Assembly: GCF_006345805.1 (NCBI RefSeq)
Contig: NW_021835573.1
Coordinates: 1-26,279, forward strand
Reading direction: 5' to 3'
Length of the DNA: 26,279 nt
Source of the DNA: Octopus sinensis
Taxonomy: Eukaryota
Part shown: positions 11,214 through 21,060 of the stretch, piece by piece
Layout of the letters: each line of letters begins with the position of its first letter
How positions within the stretch are numbered: position 1 is the stretch's first letter
Notes under the pieces: generated by a model
The model's input: only the letters and a program-made list of their open reading frames with translations
Databases searched by the model: none
Told to the model about the DNA's origin: nothing
Translations under genes and position numbers: made by a program

Positions 11214-12098
11214 TCCACATTATAACGACGTAATTGCTTATGTCCCACATTATAACGACGTAATTGCTTATGTCCCACATTATAACGACGTAATTGCTTA
11301 TGTCTCACATTATAACGACGTAATTGCTTATGTCCCACATTATAACGACGTAATTGCTTTTGCCCCACATTATAACGACGTATTGCTTATGTCCCACATT
11401 ATAACGACGTAATTGCTTATGTCCCACATATAACGACGTAATTGCTTATGTCCACATTATAACGACGTAATTGCTTATGTCCCACATTATAACGACGTAA
11501 TTGCTTATGTCCTACATTATAACGACGTAATTGCTTATGTCCCACATTATAACGACGTAATTGCTTATGTCCCACATTATAACGACGTAATTGCTTATGT
11601 CTCACATTATAACGACGTAATTGCTTATGTCTCACATTATAACGACGTAATTGCTTATGTCCCACATTATAACGACGTAATTGCTTATGTCCTACATTAT
11701 AACGACGTAATTGCTTATGTCCCACATTATAACGACGTAATTGCTTATGTCTCACATTATAACGACGTAATTGCTTATGTCCCACATTATAACGACGTGA
11801 TTGCTTATCTCTCACATAATAACGACGTAATTGCTTATGTCCTACATTATAACGACGTAATTGCTTATGTCCCACATTATAACGACGTAATTGCTTATGT
11901 CCCACATTATAACGACGTAATTGCTTATGTCCCACATTATAACGACGTAATTGCTTATGTCCCACATTATAACGACGTAATTGCTTATGTCCCACATTAT
12001 AACGGCGTAATTGCTTATGTCCCACATTATAACGACGTAATTGCTTATGTCCCACATTATAACGACGTAATTGCTTATGTCCCACATTATAACGACGT
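11214..12098. repeat. 30-bp minisatellite (CCCACATTATAACGACGTAATTGCTTATGT), about 29 copies
   Basis: Head-to-tail near-identical units with variants CTCACA and CCTACA and rare 1-nt deletions. No spacers. Confidence 0.97.
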
Positions 12099-12197
12099 CT
12101 CTGCGGGACTGGGCCAACTCAATTATTTATTAGTAGTGGCGCTGTAGCATGTGTCTGCCATTTATTCATAGAATATTATATCTATTTTATGGTTATA

Positions 12198-12371
12198 GGT
12201 GCAAGAGTGGCTGTGTGGTAAGTAGCTTCCTTACCAACAACATGGTTCCGGGTTCAGTCCCACTGCGTGGCACCTTGGGCAAGTGTCTTCTACTATAGCC
12301 TCGGGCCGACCAAAGTCTTGTGAGCGTGAATTTGGTAGACGGAAACTGAAAAGAAGCCTGTCGTATATATA

Positions 12372-12427
<56 letters not shown>

Positions 12428-12636
12428 ATGTGTGTGTGTCTGTGTTTGTCCCCTAGCATTGCTTGACAACCGATGCTGGTGTGATTATGTCCCCGTCACT
12501 TAGCGGTTCGGCAAAATAAATCGATAGAATAAGTACTGGGCTTACAAAAGAATAAGTCCCGGGGTCGAGTCGCTCGATTAAAGGCGGTGCTCCAGCATGG
12601 CCGCAGTCACATGACTGAAACAAGTAAAAAAAAAAG
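12198..12636 (+). mobile_element. tRNA-derived SINE with an internal (TA)n/(TG)n tract
   Basis: A-box-like TGGCTGTGTGG, B-box-like GGTTCAGTCCC, body GGCACCTTGGGCAAGTGTCTTCTACTATAGCCTCGGGCCGACC, and a 3' end ...CAGCATGGCCGCAGTC..ATGACTGAAACAAGT followed by poly(A). Resembles abundant octopus SINEs from recall. Confidence 0.8.
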
Positions 12637-12739
12637 AAATTTGTGCTACATTGTTCATGGCTAGTGTTTCTAGCATCCATAGTGAGGAATACTATCAAAA
12701 ACCATTCGATAATCGATCCAAGCCATACTTAGATGCTTC

Positions 12740-13435
12740 TTCTTCTGCTGCTGCTGTCTTCAGTATGGATTTATTGGTAAGTAGCTGATCTTTACAGCCG
12801 TATGAACCCTTGCAACATCCCTTCTACTCTTCTGACAACAGGGTGTTGTCTTCCAGATTTTTACCCATTCTCTGCGATATTATTGCTGTAAAGGCTATGT
12901 AAATTATAGGGAGACAAGTTATCGGTCTTTAATTTTGTCAGTTTGCTCTATCAGTGGATTTGGGAATTAGGATAGTTTTCCCTTCTGTGAAATATTCGGG
13001 GATTGTCTCTGGCTTTGCTAGTATTCATTAAAATTTTCAGCCAGCGTTTTATGTGTTCTTGTTTGATATTTTAACCAGAATTTAGGGATCTTGTCGTGCC
13101 CAGGTACCTTCCAGCAGGTTAGTTTTGCAGTGCCTTGGTGACCCCTTCACTTGTAATAGGAGCCCAGAATTGTTCAGGTGCTGTGCTTGTTGTTTTGGTA
13201 TATCTTTTCTGTGGTTGTTCCTTCCCCGACCATATTTCTTTCCAAAATCCTTCCGCTTCTTCTACTGTTTTCATCTCTATTTTCTTTTTGCCAAGTTCTT
13301 GGTGGAAGCTTTTGTATTGTTGGTTTGTTTCGTTGGCGTTTCTCATACCGGTGGATTCTTTGTGCTATGGCGAGGCTATCTTTAGCTGTTCTTTTAGCTC
13401 AGGTAGACATTGTATTTTTAATTTGGTATTTACGC
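12740..13435 (-). mobile_element. Older, decayed Dong/R4-like fragment
   Basis: - strand remnants AQRIHRYEKR, EEAEGFWKEIW, RPITCLPIIY and KGCCKGSYGCKDQLLTNK parallel the neighbouring element but carry stops and frameshifts. Confidence 0.8.
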
Positions 13436-13439
13436 AGCT

Positions 13440-16165
13440 TATTATTATTATTATTCTATGTTTGAGTTTTGCTTTATATTTGTACAAGTTGGCTCCAAGT
13501 CTCACCCAGAGACCTCAAGAGACAACAGGTTGGAAGTTCATGTTGTTGTTATGCCTAGTGTGCCATATATTTGGGGGGGGGGGAGTTTTTGGTGTTGTAC
13601 TAATGAATGTCTAAAAAACAAAAAAAATTTTTTTTTTTTTTCCTTTAAACCGAAAATTATGTTTGTTTTAAACCTTGAGATTATATAGAAAGTATTTTGC
13701 GTAGGATATGAGCAGTTCCCATGAGCACTATCTTTTGAATTTCTGCCATTTTTGGGTTTCCTGGTATCTGAGTTAGGCAGCTATCAGCCCCTTTTGCTAT
13801 CATTCCCAGGGCACCTATGACAACAGGTATTGTTTTAGTCTTCAGCTTCCACATTTTGCTGATTTCTATTTCAAGATCTTTATATTTGCTCAGTTTTTGG
13901 TAGGTCTTGACAGATACGTTTATATCGATTGGGACAGTCATATCAATGAGGAGGCATGTTCTTTGATTGAAGTCTTTCAATATGATGTCTGGCCTATTTG
14001 CATCTATCTTTCTGTCAGTTTGAATGGTGAAGTTCCAGAGGAGTGAGATGTGGTCATTTTCAAGCACTGGGGGTGGTTGTGTTCCCACCAGTTTTTTTCA
14101 TGGGGCAAATCCAGGTTTTTGCAGATTACCCAGTGAATATATTGTGCAGCTCTATCGTGTCTGTTGAGATACTCTGTAGGCGCTAGAAGACTGCACTTGG
14201 AGACCCCATGGTCAATGGTTTCATTTTGTTGCTGGCATACACGACACGTTGGACTGCTTCTGATCTTTAATATGTTGGCCTGGTAGTTTCTTGTTGGTAG
14301 GCATTGATCTTGAGCTGCTATGATAAACCCCTCTGTTTCAGATTTTAAGCCAGAGGCCATTAGCCATTGATGGGTCAGGGCTTTGTCAATATCTGCATTA
14401 TTTGCTCTCTTTGGGTATTTGCCATAGAGAGGTTTTTCTTGCCATTTATCATTCAGAATATCTAAGGCCGCAGATTTAGCACGGGTTTTCATGCGCTTAG
14501 CTTTTTCTGTGCCTGTTTCTTGTATGTCTATCTCTAATTCCGAAATTTGTTGTATTCGGAATTCACTTAGATATTCCTTTGCCTGTTTTGTTACTGAGTA
14601 TGATGCTTTCTTGTTTTCATGTTTTGAGACAAGTTTTAACATCCAGTCCTCAGAGTTTTTCAGGTAGGTGTCTAGGCCAATTGTAGCAATCTTCATTGTT
14701 ATTGCCAGTTGTAAAAGTCCACGGCCTCCCTCTTTTCTTGGCAGATAAAGTCGTTCTGTATCTGCCTTAGGGTGGTGCATTCTATGCATTGTCAACAGTT
14801 TTCGAATTTTTCTGTCAAGATTACAAATTTCAGTAATTGACCAGTTAACGATATTGAAACTGTAAGTCACAACTGGTATGGCTAATGCATTGATCGCTTC
14901 GATCCTGTTTCTCGCATTCAGCTCTGTCTTGAGTATTGCTCTTACTCTGCGATAACATTCTCTCCTGATCCTTTCCTTCATCTCTGAATGCCTTATTCCT
15001 TCTCCTTCAATTACCCCTAGATACTTGTAGTTCTCTGCTGGGTCTAATTCTTTTATCACATTCTGCTGGTCAAGGTTAACGTTAGATGTTTCTGTCATTT
15101 TTCCTTTGATAAAGGTAGCTTTTGCACACCTATCGAGGCCAAATTGCATTCTGATGTCATCACTGAATTGTTTGACAATCGCTAGTAAGCCCTTGAGTTG
15201 TTGGTCATTTTTTGCAAAGAGCTTTATATCATCCATGTAAATGAGATGATTTATATTTTTATCAAACATTTTATACCCGTACTGCGCGTCATTGAGTAGT
15301 TTTGAGAGAGGTATTAAGGCTAAACAGAGGGGGGGAGGTGATAGTAAGTCACCCTCGAAAATGCCACATGAAATTTTTACATCACCAGCATTTAGAGATT
15401 CATTGTCACTGTTCAAAGTTAGTGTGGTTCTCCATGATCTCATACTTACAGACAAAAAGTTTCGCAGAGCAGGTGCTATCTTATACATTTCTAGCCATTT
15501 CTTTATCCAGCTATGTGGTAGGCTATCAAAAGCCTTTTTATAGTCTATCCAGGCTATTGATAAGTTTTTGTGTCGTTTGTGACAATCTTCTAAGATCATC
15601 TTATTGATGAGTAGTTGATCTTTACAACCGTAGGATCCACGTTTACATCCTTTCTGTTCATTAGGGAATATGCTGCTGTCTGTCAAAAAACTATAGGTAT
15701 ATTCCGTCAGGACAGATGTTAGTGTTTTATACATAGTTGTTAAGCAGGTTATGGGTCTATAGTTTTTTGGTTCATTTGTTTCTTCACTTTTTGGAAGCAG
15801 GAATGTTAGCCCATTAACTAGCCAAGGAGGCATCCTACTAGGGTGTTGCAAAACATCATTGTAAAGTTCTGTTAGCAGTTCATGGCTCTCTGGGAAGGCA
15901 TTCAACCAAAAGTTAGGGATTTTATCCTTTCCTGGAGACTTCCATTTGCTTGACCTCCTGAGAGCAGATCTTATATCTTCTACCTTGACACCCTCCCACT
16001 TTTGCTCTTCTAAGGAGACCAGTTCTTTAGATATTCTATCAATCCAGGGGGCCTTTTCGCTGTGTGTTTTTTCTTCTGCCCAAATTTTATTCCAAAATCC
16101 GTGCACTTCTTCTTTTGAGGGTACAGACTTTACAGTAACTTTTGTTTTTCCTATCTTCCTGTAAA
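13440..16165 (-). mobile_element. R4/Dong-clade non-LTR retrotransposon (RT + Zn finger + restriction-like endonuclease), 5'-truncated
   Basis: Long RT ORF, a 3' UTR of about 225 bp (13680-13457) and an (AAT)n tail at 13456-13440. The 5' junction abuts (ATT)n at about 16167-16229. Confidence 0.9.
13681..16161 (-). pseudogene. Dong/R4-type ORF, 5'-truncated, with one frameshift near 14075
   Basis: RT motifs: WKSPGKDKIPNFWL, PKNYRPITCLTTMYK, QKGCKRGSYGCKDQLLINK, IDYKKAFDSLPH, GIFEGDLLSP, HLIYMDDIKLF, YKYLGV. CCHC-type finger CRVC...ETIDHGVSKC. PD-(D/E)xK-type endonuclease in the shifted frame: WNFTIQTDRKIDANRPDIILKD...LIDMTVP...KLSKYKDL. Confidence 0.92.
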
Positions 16166-16166
16166 A

Positions 16167-16167
16167 A

Positions 16168-16228
<61 letters not shown>

Positions 16229-16229
16229 T
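16167..16229. repeat. (ATT)n microsatellite immediately upstream of the exon 2 acceptor
   Basis: Directly visible; ends ...ATTATTTCAG|exon 2. Confidence 0.97.
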
Positions 16230-16232
16230 CAG

Positions 16233-16411
16233 ACAGCCAGTGGATTAAAACATATGCCATATCAATGGGAGCTGGTTCGAAAGTCTATAATTCATTTATG
16301 AATATAGAAAGTCCTTCAACCTGGAATGTGTACGAATGCAATGGTACCTTCTGTCCCAACTTCTTCAGACATCCTATTCTTGATTTCTGGACCCATCTTC
16401 CAATCGATGAG
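16233..16411 (+). CDS. Host gene, coding exon 2
   Basis: Acceptor tttcag|AC at 16231-16232. The phase-1 join with exon 1 gives ...SFYR-N-SQWIKTYAISMGAGSKVYNSFMNIESPSTWNVYECNGTFCPNFFRHPILDFWTHLPIDE. Donor GAG|gtaggt at 16412 (phase 0). Confidence 0.85.
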
Positions 16412-16456
16412 GTAGGTGCATAAACGATCTTTATGCGCATTCATACGCACATCAAT

Positions 16457-16510
<54 letters not shown>

Positions 16511-16514
<4 letters not shown>

Positions 16515-16780
16515 GGGAATATAGCTCCAAACCCACAGGGAAAATTAGATTTAAGATTAAATCAAATTTCATAGTATAAATATATAAAATATGAATTAGA
16601 GATAAAACCACTATTAGGCAACTCAAACGGTGATAGACATAAACCAATACATAAAAAACAAATAATATAATTAATAATAAAATAATATAACTATAATTAT
16701 AGTTATATTATTTGTTATTTATGTATTGGTTTATGTCTATCACTGTTTGAGTTGCATAATAGTGGTTTTATCTTTAATTC

Positions 16781-16785
<5 letters not shown>
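16511..16785. repeat. Fold-back element, copy 2
   Basis: Left arm about 16588-16696 and right arm 16697-16785 meet at TAATATAACTATAA|TTATAGTTATATTA. Starts TAGGGAATATAGCTCCAAACCCACAGGGAAAA. Confidence 0.85.
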
Positions 16786-16823
<38 letters not shown>

Positions 16824-17057
16824 TATATATACAAGAGTGAAAAAGGGAGACAGAGACAGACTGGAAGATGGAAAATGTCCCTTGCATTTGAAAACTATGG
16901 AAATATTCTAAAAAAAAACATTTCAATTAATTTTTCCACAATTTATTGTTTTCCATGCTTTACTCCAAGTTGAAAAATTTGCATAGACTGAAACCAGTAC
17001 CAAAATGTTTTTCGTGATAAAATTATTTTAACATTTTCTACCTTGTCTTATCTTCCT

Positions 17058-17117
<60 letters not shown>

Positions 17118-17129
17118 TATATATATAAT

Positions 17130-17420
17130 ATTAGGGAGTATGGCTCCAAACTTACAGGGAAAAATAATTAGATTTAGGATTAAATCAAATTTCACAGTAT
17201 AAATATATAAAATATGCATGTGAGATAAAACCACTATTAGGCAAATCAAAAGTAATAAAAAAATAATTTTTTAAATAATTTAAAAAAATTTAAATTAAAT
17301 TTAAATTTTATATATATATAAATATTATATTAATTATATTTATATTATTTGTAATTTATGTATTGGTTTATATCTATTACTGTTTGAGTTGCCTGATAGT
17401 GGTTTTATCTCTAATTCATA
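17130..17420. repeat. Fold-back element, copy 3
   Basis: TAGGGAGTATGGCTCCAAACTTACAGGGAAAA...GAGATAAAACCACTATTAGGCAA, with inverted GTTGCCTGATAGTGGTTTTATCTC at about 17389-17412. Confidence 0.8.
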
Positions 17421-17423
17421 ATT

Positions 17424-17496
<73 letters not shown>

Positions 17497-17675
17497 GGGA
17501 GAATTCACAAAAAAGTCGAAGGCAGTTGGTGTAGAAAACAAGCAGATGTATTAGTATAACGCTAGGGAATTGAAAAAGTCTTTAACGTTTCGGGCCTACG
17601 CTCTTCCACGGAAAGGAACACAGAAGGAAACAAGGAGAGAGAAAAATGTGTGTAGTGGCTAGATCGCTAGCCACT
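17497..17675 (-). mobile_element. Solo PLE-terminus fragment
   Basis: GTATTAGTATAACGCT...AAGTCTTTAACGTTTCGGGCCTACGCTCTTCCACGGAAAGG...GTAGTGGCTA is homologous to 24950-25090 and to the reverse complement of 10660-10870. Confidence 0.7.
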
Positions 17676-17846
17676 TCGCCGGAGGAGTGAGGATACAACA
17701 CCAGTTGATCCTGTCTCCTCTCATCACCCACAAACTTCTCCACTAGACTTTCTACCTTCTCTACCCTTGACGGATTCTCTTTTGGACTTTCTACACTCCG
17801 ACTGTACTTCTCCTTCCTATGGATTACTCTGGACTCTTCTGTTGAT

Positions 17847-17966
<120 letters not shown>

Positions 17967-18674
17967 TATATAATTGTTATATTTCGGAATGGTCATTTTG
18001 CCAGTTTAGCCAATAAAAACACATGCACAATATATTGGTGTTACTTTGCTTCAGTGTTTTTTTATCTTTACATTAATCTTAATCTTATTTCGGCCAGAGT
18101 TCTTTCGTCACACTCCTGTGACCGCATCAGTGGTCCTTTGTTTTCTTCTTTCTTATTCATTGGCTAAACTGGCAAAATTACCATTCCCAAATATAACAAT
18201 GTCTGTTTCAACACACGACTTCACATAAAAAATCTTGCACAACACAATAATTAACGTATATATATATATATATATATGTATGTATATAGAAATATTAAAA
18301 TTACTAAGTCTCTAATCAGCGGCAGCGTTTATTCTTATATCTATAAGAATGCCATATTAATATGGCGATAACAATTAATTTGTATATATATTATAATATA
18401 TATATATATAATATATATATAATATATATATATATTATATATATATAATAGAAATATTAAAATAACTAAGTCTCTCTAAAAGAGAACAGCGGCAGCGTTC
18501 CCGGAAAATAATAGTTTCGCCATACTAATATGGCATTCTTATAAAAATAAGAAAAAAGCTGTCCGCTTATTAGCTCCATGAGGCCATCGCCTTAAGTTAG
18601 CTATTTGATACACAACTGTATCCATATAACCTTCGAACAAGGGAGGTCAGTCGCTCCACACTACTTGACCGGCA

Positions 18675-18716
18675 GCTACAGACGCGTTTCGGAGTATTGC
18701 CCCTTTTCAATGCAGC
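18675..18716 (-). ncRNA. Minimal type I hammerhead ribozyme, U3-A8 core variant (copy 1)
   Basis: The - strand reads GCUGCA-UUGAAAA-GGGG CAAUA CUCC-GAAA-CGCG-UC/UGUAGC. This gives a 6-bp stem I (GCUGCA:UGUAGC), 4-bp stem II, the GAAA core, a palindromic ACGCGU stem III and a GUC cleavage triplet. Predicted cut between 18681 and 18680. Activity is not shown. Confidence 0.75.
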
Positions 18717-19031
18717 GTAGCCAGCCAGTAGGTGTCGCTTCCGACAATCTCTGTTCGATGGTTTTATTTACCTAGTTTCGGTGGAATACATCCACTTGTT
18801 TTCAATAATAGAAATATTAAAATAACTAAGTCTCTCTAAAAGAGAACAGCGGCAGCGTTCCGGAAAATAATAGTTATCGCCATACTAATATGGCATTCTT
18901 ATAAAAATAAGAAAAAAGCTGTCCGCTTATTAGCTCCATGAGGCCATCGCCTTAAGTTAGCTATTTGATACACAAATATCCATATAACCTTCGAACAAGG
19001 AGGTCAGTCGCTCCACACTACTTGACCGGCA

Positions 19032-19073
19032 GCTACAGACGCGTTTCGGAGTATTGCCCCTTTTCAATGCAGC
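19032..19073 (-). ncRNA. Minimal type I hammerhead ribozyme, U3-A8 variant (copy 2)
   Basis: Same 42-nt motif as 18675-18716. Confidence 0.75.
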
Positions 19074-19393
19074 GTAGCCAGCCAGTAGGTGTCGCTTCCG
19101 ACAATCTCTGTTCGATGGTTTTATTTACCTAGTTTCGGTGGAATACATCCACTTGTTTTCAATAATAGAAATATTAAAATAACTAAGTCTCTCTAAAAGA
19201 GAACAGCGGCAGCGTTCCCGGAAAATAATAGTTATCGCCATACTAATATGGCATTCTTATAAAAATAAGAAAAAAGCTGTCCGCTTATTAGCTCCATGAG
19301 GCCATCGCCTTAAGTTAGCTATTTGATACACAAACTGTATCCATATTACCTTCGAACAAGGGAGGTCAGTCGCTCCACACTACTTGACCGGCA

Positions 19394-19435
19394 GCTACAG
19401 ACGCGTTTCGGAGTATTGCCCCTTTTCAATGCAGC
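19394..19435 (-). ncRNA. Minimal type I hammerhead ribozyme, U3-A8 variant (copy 3)
   Basis: Same 42-nt motif as 18675-18716. Confidence 0.75.
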
Positions 19436-19752
19436 GTAGCCAGCCAGTAGGTGTCGCTTCCGACAATCTCTGTTCGATGGTTTTATTACCTAGTTTCGGT
19501 GGAATACATCACTTGTTTTCAATAATAGAAATATTAAAATAACTAAGTCTCTCTAAAAGAGAACAGCGGCAGCGTTCCCGGAAAATAATAGTTATCGCCA
19601 TACTAATATGGCATTCTTATAAAAATAAGAAAAAAGCTGTCCGCTTATTAGCTCCATGAGGCCATCGCCTTAAGTTAGCTATTTGATACACAACTGTATC
19701 CATATAACCTTCGAACAAGGGAGGTCAGTCGCTCCACACTACTTGACCGGCA

Positions 19753-19794
19753 GCTACAGACGCGTTTCGGAGTATTGCCCCTTTTCAATGCAGC
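19753..19794 (-). ncRNA. Minimal type I hammerhead ribozyme, U3-A8 variant (copy 4)
   Basis: Same 42-nt motif as 18675-18716. Confidence 0.75.
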
Positions 19795-20081
19795 GTAGCC
19801 AGCCAGTAGGTGTCGCTTCCGACAATCTCTGTTCGATGGTTTTATTTACCTAGTTTCGGTGGAATACATCCACTTGTTTTCAATAATAGAAATATTAAAA
19901 TAACTAAGTCTCTCTAAAAGAGAACAGCGGCAGCGTTCCCGGAAAATAATAGTTATCGCCATACTAATATGGCATTCTTATAAAAATAAGAAAAAAGCTG
20001 TCCGCTTATTAGCTCCATGAGGCCATCGCCTTAAGTTAGCTATTTGATACACAAACTGTATCCATATAACCTTCGAACAAG

Positions 20082-20400
20082 TATATATTGTATATATGGT
20101 GTATGTATTAGTATGTATAAGGGTGTGTGGTGTGTGGTGTGTGTGTGTGTATGAGAGAGTATTAGTGCGTAAGATTGGTCTGGACGTGCGTATGTATGGG
20201 GTTGGTGTATGTATTAGTATGTATTAGTATGTATTAGTACGTATTGGTATGTATAGGTATGTGTGTGTGTGTGAGAAGAGATAAAGTGCGTATGCGGGGT
20301 CTGGACGTGTGTATGTATAGGGTTGGTGTGAGTATTAGTATGTACTAGTATGTATTAGTACGTATTAGTATGTATTAGTTGGTGTGTGTATATATGTATA
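20082..20400 (-). repeat. Extra partial copy of the PLE pseudo-LTR
   Basis: GGTGTATGTATTAGTATGTATAAGGGTGTG...GAGAGTATTAGTGCGTAAGATTGGTCTGGACGTGCG... duplicates about 20770-21065 and 25240-25505. Confidence 0.85.
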
Positions 20401-20420
20401 TATATATATAATATATATAT

Positions 20421-20805
20421 ATATATAACGGGAAGCTTTATGAAAATAAACAAAAGACGAAGGCAGGTGGAAAACAAACGAACAATTGTATTAGTATGGC
20501 GCTCAGGAAATATAAATAAAACAAGTCTTTAACGTTTCGAGCCTACCTCTCAACAGGAAGATACACAGAGAGAGAAAAACACAGAAAGAAGGAGAGAAAA
20601 AAATGAGTGCAGTAGCTAACGATCAACATGGCGATCTGATTTCGGCCAGAGGTTAAAGATCAAACATGAGACGCGAGAGCGAAATAAGGGGAGATAATAG
20701 GGTTGATAACGGGTTGAGGGACCAGCTAAAAGTGCGTGGGAGGGGTCTGGATGTGTGTATGTATAGGGTTGGTGTATGTATTAGTATGTATAAGGGTGTG
20801 TGGTG

Positions 20806-20836
<31 letters not shown>

Positions 20837-21060
20837 AGAGAGTATTAGTGCGTAAGATTGGTCTGGACGTGCGTATGTATGGGGTTGGTGTATGTATTAG
20901 TATGTATTAGTATGTATTAGTACGTATTGGTATGTATAGGTATGTGTGTGTGTGTGAGAGAGAGTATAAGTGCGTATGCGGGGTCTGGACGTGTGTATGT
21001 ATAGGGTTGGTGTAAGTATTAGTATGTACTAGTATGTATTAGTACGTATTAGTATGTATT
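20421..21060 (-). repeat. PLE 3' pseudo-LTR
   Basis: ATATATAACGGGAAGCTTTATGAAAATAAAC... through the (GTATTAGTAT)-type subrepeats matches 24887-25510 with a few substitutions and indels. Confidence 0.9.

Larger units (their letters stand above)
18447..20081 (-). repeat. Tandem array of ~360-bp units (about 4.5 copies), each complete unit with a hammerhead-ribozyme motif; retrozyme-like
   Basis: The anchor GAAATATTAAAATAACTAAG recurs at 18451, 18811, 19168, 19528 and 19889 (periods 360, 357, 360, 361). Units differ almost only by 1-2 nt indels. The last unit is truncated at ~20081. Confidence 0.95.

Noticed and set aside
11214-12098. CRISPR-like regular array, and the ORFs (YVPHYNDVIA)n / (VGHKQLRRYN)n
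   Set aside because: Units are contiguous with no unique spacers, there are no cas genes and the context is eukaryotic. The open frames are a by-product of a 30-bp stop-free unit in an intron.
13125-13688. Hydrophobic + strand ORFs resembling membrane proteins
   Set aside because: Antisense to the A-rich Dong relic and the 3' UTR of the younger element.
16142-16232. N-terminal poly-Ile extension of the ORF covering exon 2
   Set aside because: It is the intronic (ATT)n tract upstream of the AG acceptor. The same applies to the (GT)n-derived start of ORF 25754-26062.
16600-16640. Hammerhead-like reading of CACTATTAGGCAACTCAAAC in the fold-back family
   Set aside because: Too many core mismatches and no supporting stem I or III pairing.
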